Positions 23,094 through 33,100 of a DNA stretch of 64,000 nt are shown piece by piece. A program made the position numbers and the translations under genes. The stretch is from Flectonema sp. DT1601 (taxonomy: Eukaryota), in assembly GCA_964019425.1 (NCBI GenBank), contig OZ025797.1, positions 62,001-126,000 of the forward strand, read 5' to 3'. The notes below the pieces were generated by a model. That model had not been told where the DNA came from and did not search any database. It saw only the letters and a list, made by a program, of their open reading frames with translations. Positions within the stretch are counted from its first letter, which is position 1. Each line of letters begins with the position of its first letter.

Positions 23094-25385
23094 TTAGTTA
23101 TGGTTGGTTTGACTCAAAAGCAGGAAAGGTTCACAAGTCAACTGATGGATTTGCAAACCTCGACTTCCCGCAAACCATGTGCCTGCTTTCGTCGTACGCA
23201 TGCCACATCCACAACAAAAGTATATTCCAACGCAATTCAAGCAAACATTCCAATCACATGTTAAACTCTCACCTTTACAAGGGAGACGACATTCAAATAT
23301 TTGTCCAAAGAAATAATTTGAATCACATAAATCACAAAAAACTGGTTTATTAATGAGAACTATTTCAAGATCGTGACCTTGTGGGCAAGTGGTGGTTACA
23401 TCTTTTTGTTCTAACTCGGTATGTACTTTCATTGGAGAGAGCACCTTGCAGGATTTATAATCTGTTTCATTGACGATACTTTTCGATAAGAATCTACTCG
23501 TTATGTCCTTTTCGTTTAAAACAAATAAAGGTAATATGATTTCTAAACCTCCTTCACGCAATTTATCAAAGAGTACCCCGGCTTCGTCAGGTAAGTTTTC
23601 ACTCTCCACATCAGTAAAGCCAGAACAGGTAACCAAATTAAACAGGCCATTGAGAATGACCTCAGTATACTCTATACACCAATCATTGATTACTGACCAA
23701 TCGTATGGCCCTAGTATTGGGAAAAAGTGCTCAGATGGAACATTTGCATGGTGCCCGAGTATGATGAACCCCCTGACAAGTAAAAAAGTAGACCGCGCGT
23801 CGGGAGCGACAAAGTAAGCGGAGTCTTTTTGCTCATAAGGGTCCATACTTAGGAAGAAAAAACTAACACCCAATACATTTGATAAGGCTTGTATGGCTGC
23901 ATGGTCTGCCCACACACCATCAAAACCCATTCCAAGTGCATATTCGTCGTAATTACCGAGTACAAAGTTTTTATATTTATCACTATACTCTACTAACTCA
24001 GCACTGGTGAATTCACGCAGCGTCGCTGCATCAAAGAAGTAAAAGATTTGTTTCGATACTGCTTCAAAGAAACAATTACCAAAACGGTTCACGTCTTCAG
24101 GGTAAAGACCAACTTCTTCCATATACCATATCGTGTGGTCAATTGTAAAGTAATCCACTTTTCCTTCTTGAACAATTGGTTCTTCTGGAATCAACACTAC
24201 GGCTTTAGGCGGGTAAACAATAAACTGTCTTTCTTTTGGAAAATGGTAAGAGTGAGGGTTGTTTAATTTACCAAAGACAACATGAACTAAAGAAAATAAT
24301 CTCTTATATGTGGAATCGTAGGCTTTATAAAACTCATCGCAGAATTCACGAAAAGCAAATGCTACGTCTTGTTTCTTAAAACCTCTTTTCCACATTCTAT
24401 AAAGTATAAATTCAAATTCAACAAAAAGATCAGGTAAATTATTACAAATCATTGCAGCTCTAAACATAGCACCTTTAACCACTCCTTTCGGTATAGACAC
24501 CGGCATAGTTGAATTACTATGTACATATTGCAAAGGGCGAAAAGACCAATCCTTTCGGCTTATAGATAACCTGATAAACTTTCTCTTTTCCTTTGTTTCA
24601 ATTCTGATTCTTGCTCCCAAAAAGACTACGTGGTCTTCACTAATCGTAGTGTCTTTGTAGTCCATCTTGTAGATGCTTGGGGGTGGAGGCTCATGCCCCC
24701 AGCAAAGGAAGTCATCAATATAACGCACCATAGTGCTATAAATCTTTGCTTTTGGAGGGGTTAACGTATCAATGTATTTACTCTCACACTGATAGCAATA
24801 AAGGTTTGCTATTAAAGGGGAAGCATTACCACCCATTGGTATTCCTTTTGTTTGTCTATAACATTTTTTACTTCCGATCGGTTGAATTAATGAATAATCA
24901 ATACACATGTTGATATGTTCAATAACTTGTTCAACGGTAAGGTTTTTCGTCTTGGGTGGTTTCGTTTCGGTAAAAAAATATTCACTTTTTCCTTGCGAAT
25001 GACGCGTTAGGTACTTCAGTTTTTTGTAAGTAAAAGCTTCTTTCACAGCTGCCGCACATTGTTCTTTAAGATAGTCATGTGGTAAGTTGCTGTACATTGT
25101 AGTAAAATCAAAAGTTTTTGGTGGGGTGGAAGCGCTATAAATTGGGTATTTCCTTTTAATAGTTGTAATAACGTCGTCGACAGAATCAACAATGAAATAT
25201 CTACGTACACCTGTACGAGCAAACTCTATACAATCTTTTATGTAAAGCACTTTGAGAATCGTTTTTAGAAAACCGACTACTTCCAACTGTACATCCGTCA
25301 TTATATTAGACAAACCTCTAGCCGATAGAGCTGCTATTGTCTCTACTTTTGTATCTTTCAAACGGTTGTCTTTTTCCAAAAACTC
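23094..25385 (-). CDS. Reverse transcriptase + OTU-like cysteine protease + zinc fingers; N-terminally truncated
   Basis: RT motifs TFDFTTMYSNLPH, QTKGIPMGGNASPLIANLY, RYIDD, FLGARI and thumb RAAMICN..KRGF. OTU motifs FGNCFFEAVS, WADHAAIQALS, EHF. CPxGH..CxxC..CDxxVCxxC finger and CxxC..GLxxHxxxC finger. Confidence 0.9.
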   Translation of the reverse strand, partial: EFLEKDNRLKDTKVETIAALSARGLSNIMTDVQLEVVGFLKTILKVLYIKDCIEFARTGVRRYFIVDSVDDVITTIKRKYPIYSASTPPKTFDFTTMYSNLPHDYLKEQCAAAVKEAFTYKKLKYLTRHSQGKSEYFFTETKPPKTKNLTVEQVIEHINMCIDYSLIQPIGSKKCYRQTKGIPMGGNASPLIANLYCYQCESKYIDTLTPPKAKIYSTMVRYIDDFLCWGHEPPPPSIYKMDYKDTTISEDHVVFLGARIRIETKEKRKFIRLSISRKDWSFRPLQYVHSNSTMPVSIPKGVVKGAMFRAAMICNNLPDLFVEFEFILYRMWKRGFKKQDVAFAFREFCDEFYKAYDSTYKRLFSLVHVVFGKLNNPHSYHFPKERQFIVYPPKAVVLIPEEPIVQEGKVDYFTIDHTIWYMEEVGLYPEDVNRFGNCFFEAVSKQIFYFFDAATLREFTSAELVEYSDKYKNFVLGNYDEYALGMGFDGVWADHAAIQALSNVLGVSFFFLSMDPYEQKDSAYFVAPDARSTFLLVRGFIILGHHANVPSEHFFPILGPYDWSVINDWCIEYTEVILNGLFNLVTCSGFTDVESENLPDEAGVLFDKLREGGLEIILPLFVLNEKDITSRFLSKSIVNETDYKSCKVLSPMKVHTELEQKDVTTTCPQGHDLEIVLINKPVFCDLCDSNYFFGQIFECRLPCKGESLTCDWNVCLNCVGIYFCCGCGMRTTKAGTWFAGSRGLQIHQLTCEPFLLLSQTNHN

Positions 25386-26117
25386 TATTATTAGTTATGT
25401 CAACCAAAAAATATCAAATGCAAAAGTTCGTAGGACAACAAACAAATAATGGTTAGGCTCCAGGCTAAAATTAAAATACCTTCTTAGGACCATTCCCCTT
25501 ACCCAGCGAAGAAAGTAAGGGGGACACTTTGCGGCGTCAGGCCCGTCCTACTCATCGCATTTTTTAGTTAGTATTAATGGTTATTAGCTATTTAGTTAAC
25601 TGATGACTACGAGGGGTCTGAGTAGCCCGTCAGTAAGGACCCAATCGCGAAGATTGTAGTTTTGTAGCTTCGGCTGGAAGTTATCGACCTCTAGCTCCTG
25701 CCTTGCCTAGAGGCCAACAGGTTAAAACAACTAAAGAAAATAAAAGAGAAATGATCTGGGAGTAGGGGGACAAAAATAAAAAATCTTTTTATTCCATGCA
25801 GAATCTTTTTTTATAATACGACCATAATAGCCCACATACCACGAAAGAAAATAAAAACCCCGGAACAGTACCGAGGATCGTTCACCCAGTTGTCCAAAGC
25901 ATTATAATTGTACTGTGGGCTTACCGAAAGCTTTACAAAAGTACCACAAACATTGGGCAGCATATAGCCGTATCACTCAGCAAGAAATGAAAACAAAAGG
26001 ATCAGGTAAGATGACAGTCAGTTTATAGTCATAACTGCGCCGGACCAATATTATAAAGAGAACTATGTGAGAAGGCTCTCAAAAAAAAACAGAACAAAAA
26101 GAGGACTGGAAGGGGGG
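25386..26117 (-). repeat. Upstream pseudo-LTR
   Basis: Copy of 22033-22764, abutting the truncated RT ORF. Confidence 0.95.
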
Positions 26118-26570
26118 GGGGTACATGCTATCTCAGGCCACTTACACATCCGAGCATTGAACGCCACCAAACTATTTGGAGAAAATCTGAAAGATTGGAT
26201 GCAGTGACTCATCGCTGTATATTTGCATTACTGCTTCCGATCTCAGAAAAAATATTACGTTCCTCATAGCGTATCACAACGATGAAACAAAAGATATCAG
26301 TACACAAGAACTGCGTTAGTAACGACATTCAGAAATCTTCGTTTGAATTGTGATGGTGGTTCCGTAAATCATACGGTAGATTAACGTCAAAAAACACGAA
26401 AATTTGAAAAAAATTATTATCTAAAGACATTAGGGCTATTATGATCGATGCATTCCAATAAAAACAAAAAAAAGAAAACTTTTTTTCTTTTTTTGTAACA
26501 TTAATGGAACTTGACATGAGTGAAATAACAGATCAAGCGAACGAACATTGACCGAGAACGAACATGAGCG

Positions 26571-26866
26571 AAAAAAAAATTTTCAAAAAACTTCTATTTT
26601 CGGAAAAAAATTTCGTTATATTTCTAAACAGAAAATTTTTCTACATTCTCTATTTTTTTTTTTTCCTCAAAAAACCCATTATTTATTAATTATTTTATTT
26701 ATTTATGAAGCCTAGGAGCCAAAAGCCAGGAAAAGCTCAAGATACAGCCTTATGTTGTTGATCGCAAGACTGTATTTCTGAGATAACATTTGACCATAAA
26801 ATAAATAAACAAGTTCTTAATCTGAATAGTTTTCTTCTCAGAATTCGTCGGTCGGTGCAAAAACTA
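26571..26866. repeat. ~300-bp direct repeat, left copy
   Basis: Matches 27762-28067; the right-hand ~160 bp look identical. Confidence 0.9.
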
Positions 26867-27753
26867 TAACTCCACAAAAAAGTTTCTGAAATGTCCGATC
26901 TCAACATGAAAGTTTCCGAAACGGACAGCTCCACACAAAAAAGTTTCCGAAACGGACAGCTCCACACACGAAAGTTTCCGAAATGGACAGCTGTTTTTTT
27001 TTTTTTTATAGCTTACTGCCAGTGCATTTCGGGGTCGCCCAAAGTCGTGGGGATTTTTTTTTCTCCCAAAAAAAAAGTTTTTTTCCTACGTAAGGCAAGG
27101 CCATCCGACGAGATGAGTGAAATACACCGAACCTGTGTGACCTGGGGCTAGGCCTGACTGCGCCCCTGGATCGGCATAGCTCGGTATGTGGTGTGCAGGG
27201 CCAGGTATAGGGATGGACGAATTTCGGGTAGAGACACTTGTCCCGACTTGTCAGCTCATACAACCATGAGAATTCAGTTTCTAAAGATTCAATCAGCCGA
27301 ACTACTCCGCTACTGACTTTCACTTGATTAGCGAGCTACTAGTATATTATTATGTCACCTGTTGAAAAGGGAGTACTAAGAGGTTGATTCAGGCCCTGCA
27401 CGTATTAGTTGTAATTACAGCACCTGCTTTACCTTAAATTACTCCTTCCCTCATTAAGAACCAACCCATCTCGGCCAACAGCGAAAAATCCGAATATCAC
27501 TTTCAGTGAATAGCGAAAGAAAAACCTTTCCGTTTACTGAACAGCGAAAATGAAATTACCTACCATAGCAATTTTACACGGGAAAAAAAAAGTTGTTCAC
27601 TAGCGAAAAGTTTTTTTGGGTGCAGGTGGAGAAAAAAAAAAAAAAAAAATTTCATTTTGCTGTCCATTTCAGAAACTTTCGTGTGGAGCTGTCCGTTTCG
27701 GAAACTTTCATGTTGAGATCGGACATTTCAGTAACATTTACGTGGAATTAGAG
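26864..27753. mobile_element. MITE-like non-autonomous element with ~95-128-bp inverted repeats built of ~30-bp subrepeats
   Basis: 26864-26991 is the reverse complement of 27659-27753 (unit gaaagtttccgaaacggacagctccacac; left arm has one extra unit). No credible ORF. Confidence 0.7.
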
Positions 27754-27761
27754 GTTTTCCC

Positions 27762-28067
27762 AAAAAAAAAATTCAAAAAACTAAGGTTCTTCTATTTTCG
27801 AAAAAAAATTTCGTTATATTTCTACACAGAAATTTTTTCTACATTCTCTATTTTTTTTTTTCCTCAAAAAACCCATTCAGATTATTTATTAATTATTTTA
27901 TTTATTTGAAGCCTAGGAGCCAAAAGCCAGGAAAAGCTCAAGATACAGCCTTATGTTGTTGATCGCAAGACTGTATTTCTGAGATAACATTTGACCATAA
28001 AATAAATAAACAAGTTCTTAATCTGAATAGTTTTCTTCTCAGAATTCGTCGGTCGGTGCAAAAACTA
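27762..28067. repeat. ~300-bp direct repeat, right copy
   Basis: Matches 26571-26866. Confidence 0.9.
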
Positions 28068-29868
28068 ACGCACCAAGTGGGGTGGGAAACACTTGAGAAT
28101 TAGTACACAAAGTAGTAATTTTTGGATTATTTTTTTATTTCACAGCCAACTGTTATTTTTTTTTTTATCATCTGGCCATTCATGTACACACCAAATCAAA
28201 AAAAAAAAAAAAAAAAAAAAAAAGAAGAAGAAGAAAAAAAATAATGATACCATTCTTAACAAATGACAAATTAGTGTAGATTTTCCCCAACGGGGATAAT
28301 CCGCAGCTATGGATTTTTTTGCTGGTATCGGTAAAAAGACTAACAATCGGTGTTGAGTTATTTTGAAAATCGGAAAGATAAGGACAACACCCTGCTAGCC
28401 AAAACAACAACTTTTTTTATTTGTTGAACACAAGAAAGAGCAGAGAGAGCATAACAAGTAACTGAACAAGCTCACGCGCAATATTCATTTCATACCACAA
28501 CCCCTCACATGTAAAACGAAGAAATCAACCGCAAGAAGAAGAAAAAAAAAAAAAGAGAAGAGAAAAATTATTTTTCGTTCCAAAAGCCTCCACGTGAAAC
28601 AGTTTGTTTTGTAATTACACTAACAAAGTGTGTGATGCAGAACTGCATAGATATAAAGAGGGAAACTAATTACAGTCCCTGTTGTAGCTACAGAGGCGTG
28701 TGATTAGCTTACTCATTAAAGTTTTAAGGTGAGAGAACCTCATTTTTGAATAGGTTTTTTTTTGAATTTTTATTTTATGCTTTTTTTTGTTTTTTAGTGT
28801 TCTCCCTTCCTTAAAAATAAACAGAAGGGGAGTAAACCTTTTGACAATGTAAAAAAAAACAGTAACAAACTTTTAGGTATTAATACAAAATTAATATCAA
28901 AGTACTTGACTGAAAAATATTTGCAATTATTAATCAAAGAAAGGGTACGTTTAGAAAAAAGGAAAAAAAAAAAGAGAAAAAAAAGGGAAAATCTTTTTGT
29001 CTTATTGACCCGAAAACGTTGTCGAATCTGGTAATTCGGGGGATCAGATTGAGCGTCCCATGAATAGAAGAGAGGGAAAACTTTTCTTTTTTTAGATATT
29101 GAATTACCCAATTCTTATTATTATTTCTTTGTTATCCAACTGGAAAATGCAATCACACAAAAAGTCCACTCAGCTTAAGAGCGACAGTTTTCTTGCGACG
29201 CAACAAGACAGAAGATGCCATACCATAAATGGACTGCATACCTTCAGGACTTGGGTTGGAAATCTCATTAGTCAGCAACCTATCACTCGGAGGCATAGAC
29301 TTTTTATTGCTTGAAGGCTGATAAGCCTAGATTTCACACAGCACAACTGCTGAGACAGACTGACGTGTTACTCAAAGCAATGCCGTAGCTGCTGACTAAA
29401 GAACTAGTAGCTCCTATTTATAAAAATAAAATAAAAAGAGGGAAAAGAATCTTAAAAACACGGCCGAAGGAAAACAGTCAAATCTCTTCACCCAATAAGA
29501 AAAGGGAGGACACGCCACTGCCAGCTAAAGAGCCGAATAATTGATAATAAGCAAAAGATAATAAACGACAAGAGTACCTACAGCCGTAGGAGAGTACCAT
29601 TTTTTTTTTTTTCTTTTTGTTTGTTTTATTTGTTCACGACTCTATCCAAGATAGTTTAGACCCTCAACAAAGAGAGGCTTGTTCCGCATCAAAGAAAGTC
29701 AACGAGATAATAATAAAAAAGAAACAGATATTAACCAAAAGAGAACGGGGAGAGGGAAGTATTAAAAAAAAAAAAAAGGGGGGGAAAATTTACATACTCA
29801 TAACCCACACCTGAGATAATTGCTCAGGGAGACAGTTAAGTCGCAAGTAATTGTCATAGAAAAATCCA

Positions 29869-29904
<36 letters not shown>

Positions 29905-30612
29905 AGTTGAGCTAACCTGGTGTATTCTATAACAAAGAATATCGAAAAAGTTAAATACAACGTGTATTCCCTTTTTCGAATTACCAAAGAGAAAAAGTTC
30001 TTCATTGATCCCATTTCAGCAGCAAAAACTTTATGAGAGGGTGACTGCAGTTGTACTTACGTTATTCCTTTATGGAAAGTCACTACCTTGCTGGACTTTA
30101 GCAAATAACACACACAAAAAAAAAAAAAAAAGAAAGAAACAGCAAAAATAGCTGGCAGCAATCACGCAATTTAACGGTATCAGAGCACCGTGTGTCCAGT
30201 AAAAATAAAAACTAAGATTAATCCCCCTTCTTCTTTTTTTATTTATTTTTTTTTTTTTTTTAATTTTTAAATTAAGAAATTGAGACGAATAGGTAGACTG
30301 ACTACCCTCACATGTCATAAGTTTATTCGAAAAAAAAGGGCATTCGAAGCTAATTCTTAGATTAAGATTATTGGTTTCCAATGCTGATACTTACAGACTC
30401 TGCAATGCCTGCTGAGTCTGACTGACATTTAGTAGTCAGTAGAGTGAGCTTTGTAAGAAGTTTTTCTGATATTTCGATTCAGCCACGGCAGCTGAAAGTT
30501 CTTTTTTTTTTTTTTTTTTTGCCCCATTCGAATATGGTAACGATCGAGATACTCAGAGTTGAGGATGATCCCCAGTGTTGTTCTTTTTTTTCCAATTCCA
30601 CGCAAGATTTTA

Positions 30613-31878
30613 TCAGTATCCATTTGGATGTGCCTGACGCCAGTTCCAACAGTGACGAAGACCATCGTGAACGTCTGTGTATCTCGGGTTCCAATTAAGT
30701 TCTGTTTTAATCTTCTTAGGATTGGCATAAATCTCAGGAGAGTCTCCTGGTCTGCCATTCTTCTGCTCAACAACAGTAAAGTTAACACCAGTCACTTTTA
30801 TAGCAGCGTTGACGATTTCTCTTACGGAAACACCAGAACCTGTTCCAACGTTGTACAGAACTGGGGGGTTTGTTATCTTTGGAATTAAAGAAATGTGAGC
30901 ATCAACTAAATCACTCACATGAATAAAATCACGAATAGCCGTACCATCAGGAGTTGGATGTCCTGTTCCAAGAATCTTCACTGATGGGATTGTACCCTGA
31001 GCAGCATCTAAAGCTGCGTTTGTAATACGACCGTGTTTCTTTTGGAGGGCAGGTCTAGGCCATTCTCCTAAAAGTCCATCTGGATCACATCCATAGACAT
31101 TAAAGTATCTCAGCATACCAACCTTAAAGCTAGGATTCGATATTGAATAATCTTTTATAATCTGTTCAACCCACAGCTTAGCATGACCATATGGTGACAT
31201 TGGATTTGTTGGTGTCATCTCAGTAACTGGAAGGTCTTTAGCAGCAGGAGATCCGTATGTTGCACAAGTAGATGAAAACACCAAACGGTTAACATTGCTA
31301 ACTCTCATTTCTTCAAGAAGAACGACACTGTTTATAGATATGTTTCTGTAATAAGCTAATGGCTCTGCTACAGATTCACCAACATACGCCACTGCAGCGA
31401 AGTGCATCACAATATCAACATTAGGACCGTTTCTAAATGCGTCTTGAACTGCGTTTCTGTCACCTAAATCACCTTCGACGAATCTGAGAGGAATTCCTGG
31501 TTTTCCTTTTCTTAAAGTCTGAGCATACCATAATAGTGTATGAACAGCTCCACGATTACCTCTACTTAAATTATCTATAATAGTGACAAAGTATCCCATC
31601 TTCATTAATGCCATAACTGCATGGCTTCCGATATACCCTGCTCCTCCTGTCACTAAGACGTGTTCTTGTCCTTCTCTGAGATTCATGAATGTTGGTCGTG
31701 GTTTTTCTTTGTTGTCTTCTCCATACCTCGCTTGTTCTAATTCTAATATCCGTTGCATCTCAAGAGCGTTCATTCCCATCATAGAGTAATATATCCAAGC
31801 AGATACAATCACAGCCAGAACTGCAACAACCCGGACTCGGGGACTGACCGGTGGCGACACATCTGTTTCTGGTTGCAT
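30613..31878 (-). CDS. Membrane-anchored UDP-xylose/UDP-arabinose 4-epimerase (MUR4/UXE-like, GalE family)
   Basis: N-terminal TM anchor, HVLVTGGAGYIGSH, VMHFAAVAYVGES, SSTCATYG, YGHAK (YxxxK), LRYFNV, HGRI..A..DAA.G. Confidence 0.88.
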   Translation of the reverse strand: MQPETDVSPPVSPRVRVVAVLAVIVSAWIYYSMMGMNALEMQRILELEQARYGEDNKEKPRPTFMNLREGQEHVLVTGGAGYIGSHAVMALMKMGYFVTIIDNLSRGNRGAVHTLLWYAQTLRKGKPGIPLRFVEGDLGDRNAVQDAFRNGPNVDIVMHFAAVAYVGESVAEPLAYYRNISINSVVLLEEMRVSNVNRLVFSSTCATYGSPAAKDLPVTEMTPTNPMSPYGHAKLWVEQIIKDYSISNPSFKVGMLRYFNVYGCDPDGLLGEWPRPALQKKHGRITNAALDAAQGTIPSVKILGTGHPTPDGTAIRDFIHVSDLVDAHISLIPKITNPPVLYNVGTGSGVSVREIVNAAIKVTGVNFTVVEQKNGRPGDSPEIYANPKKIKTELNWNPRYTDVHDGLRHCWNWRQAHPNGY

Positions 31879-32452
31879 AATTTACCTTCTGAAAAAAAGG
31901 GGGGGGGGAAATAAAAATATAATAACAATAATAATAGTTTTTTCCTTTTTTTAAAGATCACATGTGATGTCCTAACATACAGAAACTGTTTTGGGGAGTA
32001 AATTAATATTTAAATTAACTTCTTCAAATAAACTAAACAATTGACACCAAATCAGTCCATTCTTGAAGTCAACTTATTGAAAGTGTGCTGTGAAGCACAG
32101 TACTGGTGGTATTTTGAATGTTTTGAAAATGTCATTCTATCTTTTTTTTTTTTTTTTTTCGTTCCAAAAAGAAAAACAGGAAGACCAGGATGCCAGATAT
32201 TGAAGTATCCCCCCACTAAGATCGAAAACGAGGCAAGGAATTCCGTGAAGAGGAGGAAAGGGTTTTTTTATATTCAAACAGACGACTGCACCATCTGTCG
32301 GACGATTCTCCTCAGTCACAGTGACTAGCAATTAGGTCAAAAAACATCTCAAATATTCACAGTAGTGTACAACTTCCAGGTAGATAGTTTTACAATAATA
32401 ATAGTCCTCGATTCGTTCTTTTCGTCTGTTTACTGATTGTGCTGATGGAAAA

Positions 32453-33100
32453 TTACGCAGCTTGCATGGTACGTTCTTCTTTAACTGGTTCCTCGATAGT
32501 AGGATTAGTGGTGTTACTAGTGAGTGGATCGAGATCAGATGTGTTGACGGCGTCAAGTTTTGCTTTTAGGATAGCGGCATCCTTTTCATCTTGTTCCTTT
32601 GCGAGAACCATTAGACTTTCATAAGCTTCTTCATCATCTTCGGGTGAAAGAGACTCAGATAATATTTGATTTATTTCATCTGCTATCGCATAAGCCTCTG
32701 CCGTATCATCCATCAGTTTCTGAGCAGTTTCCACATCCAACTCTTTTTGTAAACTCTGAAGGGTACTAAGTCCTGCCTTCATTGCATTGCTAATTTCTAT
32801 ATTGGCCTGCGCAACCTGAACATCATCAATCATAGTAAGTACATTATCAAGCTGTCCATTTGCTGTAATTATCATTCGTTCTTGCATTTTTTTCCTTCTC
32901 ATTAGTGTGAGTGCTCTGTCTTTCTTTCCTTGTGATAAAAGGATTCTTGCTTGTTTGACTTCTTCCTCGATGACAATTTCCAATCTTTTTTGATAAATTT
33001 CAAGCTTGTCGCGGGCGCCCTTTAACTTCAAGACTGCTATATCGTGGTCATTTACCTTTGAGTCTTTCTTCTTAGAATTCTTCGAAAATAAATTTCCCAT
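32453..33100 (-). CDS. VPS20: ESCRT-III subunit Vps20/CHMP6
   Basis: Myristoylation-type MGNLFS, DIAVLKLKGARDKL, Snf7-family helices, acidic tail. Confidence 0.9.
   Translation of the reverse strand: MGNLFSKNSKKKDSKVNDHDIAVLKLKGARDKLEIYQKRLEIVIEEEVKQARILLSQGKKDRALTLMRRKKMQERMIITANGQLDNVLTMIDDVQVAQANIEISNAMKAGLSTLQSLQKELDVETAQKLMDDTAEAYAIADEINQILSESLSPEDDEEAYESLMVLAKEQDEKDAAILKAKLDAVNTSDLDPLTSNTTNPTIEEPVKEERTMQAA

Larger units (their letters stand above)
22020..26117 (-). mobile_element. Penelope-like retroelement (Naiad/Chlamys-like RT), 5'-truncated, with pseudo-LTRs and 3' A-tail
   Basis: PLE-type RT ORF between ~732-bp direct repeats. A short extension and A-run (T-run at ~22004-22018 on +) follow the downstream repeat. 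Confidence 0.9.

Noticed and set aside
22033..26117. LTR retrotransposon
   Set aside because: No TG..CA ends, PBS, gag, integrase or TSD; the RT is PLE-type.
26880..26991. CRISPR-like array
   Set aside because: Contiguous ~30-bp units without unique spacers, part of an inverted repeat; eukaryotic context, no cas genes.
27006..27323. 105-aa ORF in the MITE core; RNase P/MRP or SRP RNA identity
   Set aside because: GTG start with no recognisable motifs; the required RNA conserved boxes could not be paired.
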